A DNA stretch of 63,351 bases, filler included, from Choristocarpus tenellus KU-1152 (taxonomy: Eukaryota; Protista; Phaeophyceae): the NCBI GenBank assembly GCA_964200185.2. It is 7 parts of 7 records of this genome, joined end to end, with 100 filler letters (N's around TTAATTAATTAA, not from the genome) between each part and the next. Parts side by side here need not be neighbours in the genome. Positions count along the whole stretch, not along the records: positions 60,580 to 63,351 come from CAXNAD020024881.1; 6 more parts are not named here. One strand, written 5' to 3'. Under the pieces are notes generated by a model that was given only the letters and a program-made list of their open reading frames with translations, was not told the DNA's origin and did not search any database. Made by a program: the position numbers and the translations under genes. Positions 60,580-63,351 of the stretch are shown here, piece by piece (the stretch's first letter is position 1; every line of letters starts with the position of its first letter).

Positions 60580-63260
60580 TTATACCTCAAAACAACTTGC
60601 GTTTAAGGGAGCACCAGGGACGTGGAGGAAATGGAGCAAAACGTTTCTTACGCACGCTCTCTCATCGGGATGGAGGGAGCCATTAATTACAAAGGAACAT
60701 CTAAGGGTACTGTCGTTGGAGTATTCCCTGGCAGGTGTGGACCCGTATCTGCACCATACGACAACATATGCTATCAATGGACTGCAGGAGGCAACGGCAG
60801 GACCTGCGTTGGACATGGTGCTGGAACCTGGGGGAGATCCTGCTAATATTATCAACCGGCAGGAGGCTCTTATAATGGAGTTGAAGAGCTTGAGAGGTAC
60901 CGTCACAGAGGAAGATCGAGTGGGTTGGCTACGAAATTCCCTCGGTGGGGAGTATCTGGACATCATGTCCCAGATAGATGATGAGGAGTCGGTGGAAGGG
61001 AGGATTAAATCGGAAAAATGGGTCCTTAAAAGATATCAACTACGCACCATACAGAGAGGGTCGGACTCGGCTGGGGTGAGAGCTGGCGCACTGGTGGCTG
61101 GACGGCAATCCAGACGAAACGGTGATCAACCAAAGTGTTGGAAATGTGGTGGACCTCCCTTCCGGTCTAAGTGTCCTCTCATCAAGAAACAGAAGGCGAG
61201 TGATGGGGGAATTACATGCTTCGTTTGCGGAGAAAAAGGTCATCAAAGCTTCGATTGTCTGCAAAGAAAATATGGACCATCAAGGGGTCTGGAATCTTCA
61301 AACATCCTGAAGAAGAAGAATCGGATGGGGGGGAATGGTTCTAAGAACAAGGGAAACAGATCAAAGTTGGATGAAGTTGGATGCTGGCCATGGACAACCA
61401 AGACTGGCGGGGTTTTCATTAACCAATCAAGTGAGTTATCTTGCTAGTAAAGTAAAATAACTTCATTTCAAGAGGCCATCATGGGTTGAGGTTTGGATTT
61501 AGGACACTGGAGCCACACATAATTTTACAACGACCAATAAAATATGTTTAATTGGGAATCTTGTTATGGAACAGTTGCAGTTGGAGTTGGTGGAACACTT
61601 GACATTATGGGAAAGGGGGACATCAAATTGGAATGTGTTCTGAGTGGTAAACTGGAGACTGTGGTGTTTATTAACGTACTTGTGGTGCCTGATCTTGGTG
61701 TGAACTTGTATTCTGCCAAGGCTTGCATGCGAGATAGTCACAGTTTCCGATCTGTCGACTCCACTAGAATCTCTACTTTTAGGAAGCAACGGGGAAAGAA
61801 ATCTCACCTTCACGTCATTGGGGGAGGAGGAATTATTCTCCCTAGAAATGCGCAGAGTGAATTTGATGAATGACTCCGATTATACAGATGCCCCTACCAT
61901 TGATACGACTCCTATTTCGGGAAAACCAAGCATTCACTTGGTCCGGAAAACTGCGTCAAGGTATGTGAATGAGCTGCACATGTGATTAGGTGATGTTCAT
62001 CAGGGGTTGGACAGGAAAGACACTTCGGTGCATAACATTTTGTTAACTGGAACATGGGAGCCATCTTGTCGATGTTGCCCACTCGGCAAGGGTCATAGGC
62101 ATCCAATTCCACAGGAGATGGAGAATCGTGCTTCGGTAAAGGGGGAAGATGTTTATGTGGACTTGACTGGAATGAACTCAACGTCAGAGGAGGTTGTGAT
62201 ATCTGATGATCTCGCCGAGGACGGGGCTAGAGGAGTCGATTTCGCACAGGATGAGACTAGAGGTATCGACCTAACCCACACTGGGGCTAGAGATGTCGAT
62301 CTCACTCAAGAGGGGAGTGGAAGCGATGTCGATTGTGGAGGATCGATGTTTGACACTACTACATCAGTGGATGATACTGTAGCGAAGTGGACGCTTTCCC
62401 CTGAGGGGGTTGAAGTGAATGCCATAGTCCCAGTAGGGATTGTTGCGGGGGAGGGACCCACTCCAAAGATGGCACGGGAAGTTATTGATCCAGGAGGGTC
62501 AACAAGTTCGAATGCAGAATTAGAGTCCCCACATACGGATTTTGGGGTAGGGCGTTTGATGGCTGAGGATGTTGAACCAGTTCTGAGTTGGACTATGCAT
62601 GAGTCCAGTCGAAATGATTCTAAGAACGCTCTACTAAGTCCTGTGGTAGCGGGAAATGCAATAGGGGTGATGGAGAAAAGGGAGTTAGATGAACGGTCGA
62701 ACACTGACATTGATAGTATGGACCCAGTGTCACAGCAGGGGGGGAGTGTGAGGAACAAAATGCTGCGACATGTAGATCCAAATAATTACCCTACATCTGA
62801 ACCGGGCGAACTAATGGAGGAGTTACCTGGAATTGAGTGGTAATTGAAAATGCGAGAGGCAATGGAGTCAGAAGAGTGGTCTTTGTGGAATGGGGCTGTG
62901 GACGAGGAAATGGGCATACAAAACATTCAAAGATTCAGTTTACTTACTCATTAAGTTGGGACTACACTTTCGACCGGGGCAGATGGATGAAAAAGGGAGA
63001 GTTCAGAGGTCCAAGGAGGGAGTAGGCCGATTGGAAGGAGAAAGGGAATGGAGCAGGAGGGACCTGTTCCAGACAACTACAGATCTATGATCGGTGGTAT
63101 GTAAATGTGGGTATCAATCATGACAAGGTCTGATGCAACACCAGCAGTATGGAGCCTAGCGATGCAGTTTGTAAACCCTACGGTGACGGATTGGAAGGGG
63201 GCTGAGAGGGTTATTGGGTATCTGTTGAGGACAAGCAGTAGAGGATTGACCTACGGTGAT
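60580..63260 (+). mobile_element. Degenerate, internally deleted Ty1/Copia retrotransposon (gag-PR-IN-RT remnants)
   Basis: Zinc knuckles CWKCGGPPFRSKC and CFVCGEKGHQSFDC; protease VWI*DTGATHNF and NVLVVPDLGVNLYS; integrase C..C..GK.HR.P/VYVDL; RT end TRSDATPAVWSL..NPTVTDWKGAERVIGYLLRT..GLTYG. Confidence 0.88.
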
Positions 63261-63351
63261 GGGTCAAAGTATCTGGGGGGAGGGGGTGGTTTGTGAGGGG
63301 GCGTCCATTTCGGTCAAACAACTTTTTTTTTTGCTGACATTTCAAATCCAA
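63261..63351. mobile_element. MITE family A inserted in Copia RT, cut by window end
   Basis: GGGTCAAAGTATCTGGGGGGAGGGGGTGGTTTGTGAGGGGGCGTCC matches the reverse complement of the 7820-7884 end. Confidence 0.88.

Overview
Eukaryotic genomic DNA, not prokaryotic. Seven draft contigs are joined by artificial 100-nt linkers (N-run/TTAATTAATTAA/N-run) at 5661-5760, 21689-21788, 33827-33926, 50022-50121, 54280-54379 and 60480-60579, so adjacency across linkers means nothing. A RedCAP-like light-harvesting gene with a signal peptide plus AQ-AFVP plastid-targeting motif, spliceosomal introns and TTAGGG repeats point to a photosynthetic stramenopile, plausibly a brown alga or close relative (inference). 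Seven spliced host genes could be modelled by hand: GPR137/TM7SF1-like membrane protein (partial), pterin-4a-carbinolamine dehydratase, RedCAP, CDC14 phosphatase, ADE2/PurK (partial), a conserved protein of unknown function, and a PMCA-type Ca-ATPase (partial). Much of the rest is decayed TE: RTE-like LINE, Copia, Gypsy, Tc3-like DD34E, DD39D-type mariner, and about 20 copies of three MITE families sharing one TIR core, several with 4-bp TSDs. The most unusual signal is a sharply bounded ~10.7-kb domain (10200-20940). There the introns of the GPR137-like gene carry roughly 35 short TTAGGG/CCCTAA tracts in both orientations plus many local tandem duplications, and no recognisable TEs. Local examples suggest telomeric repeats were written into near-cognate sequence and into duplication junctions. 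All family assignments come from motif recognition, not database searches.
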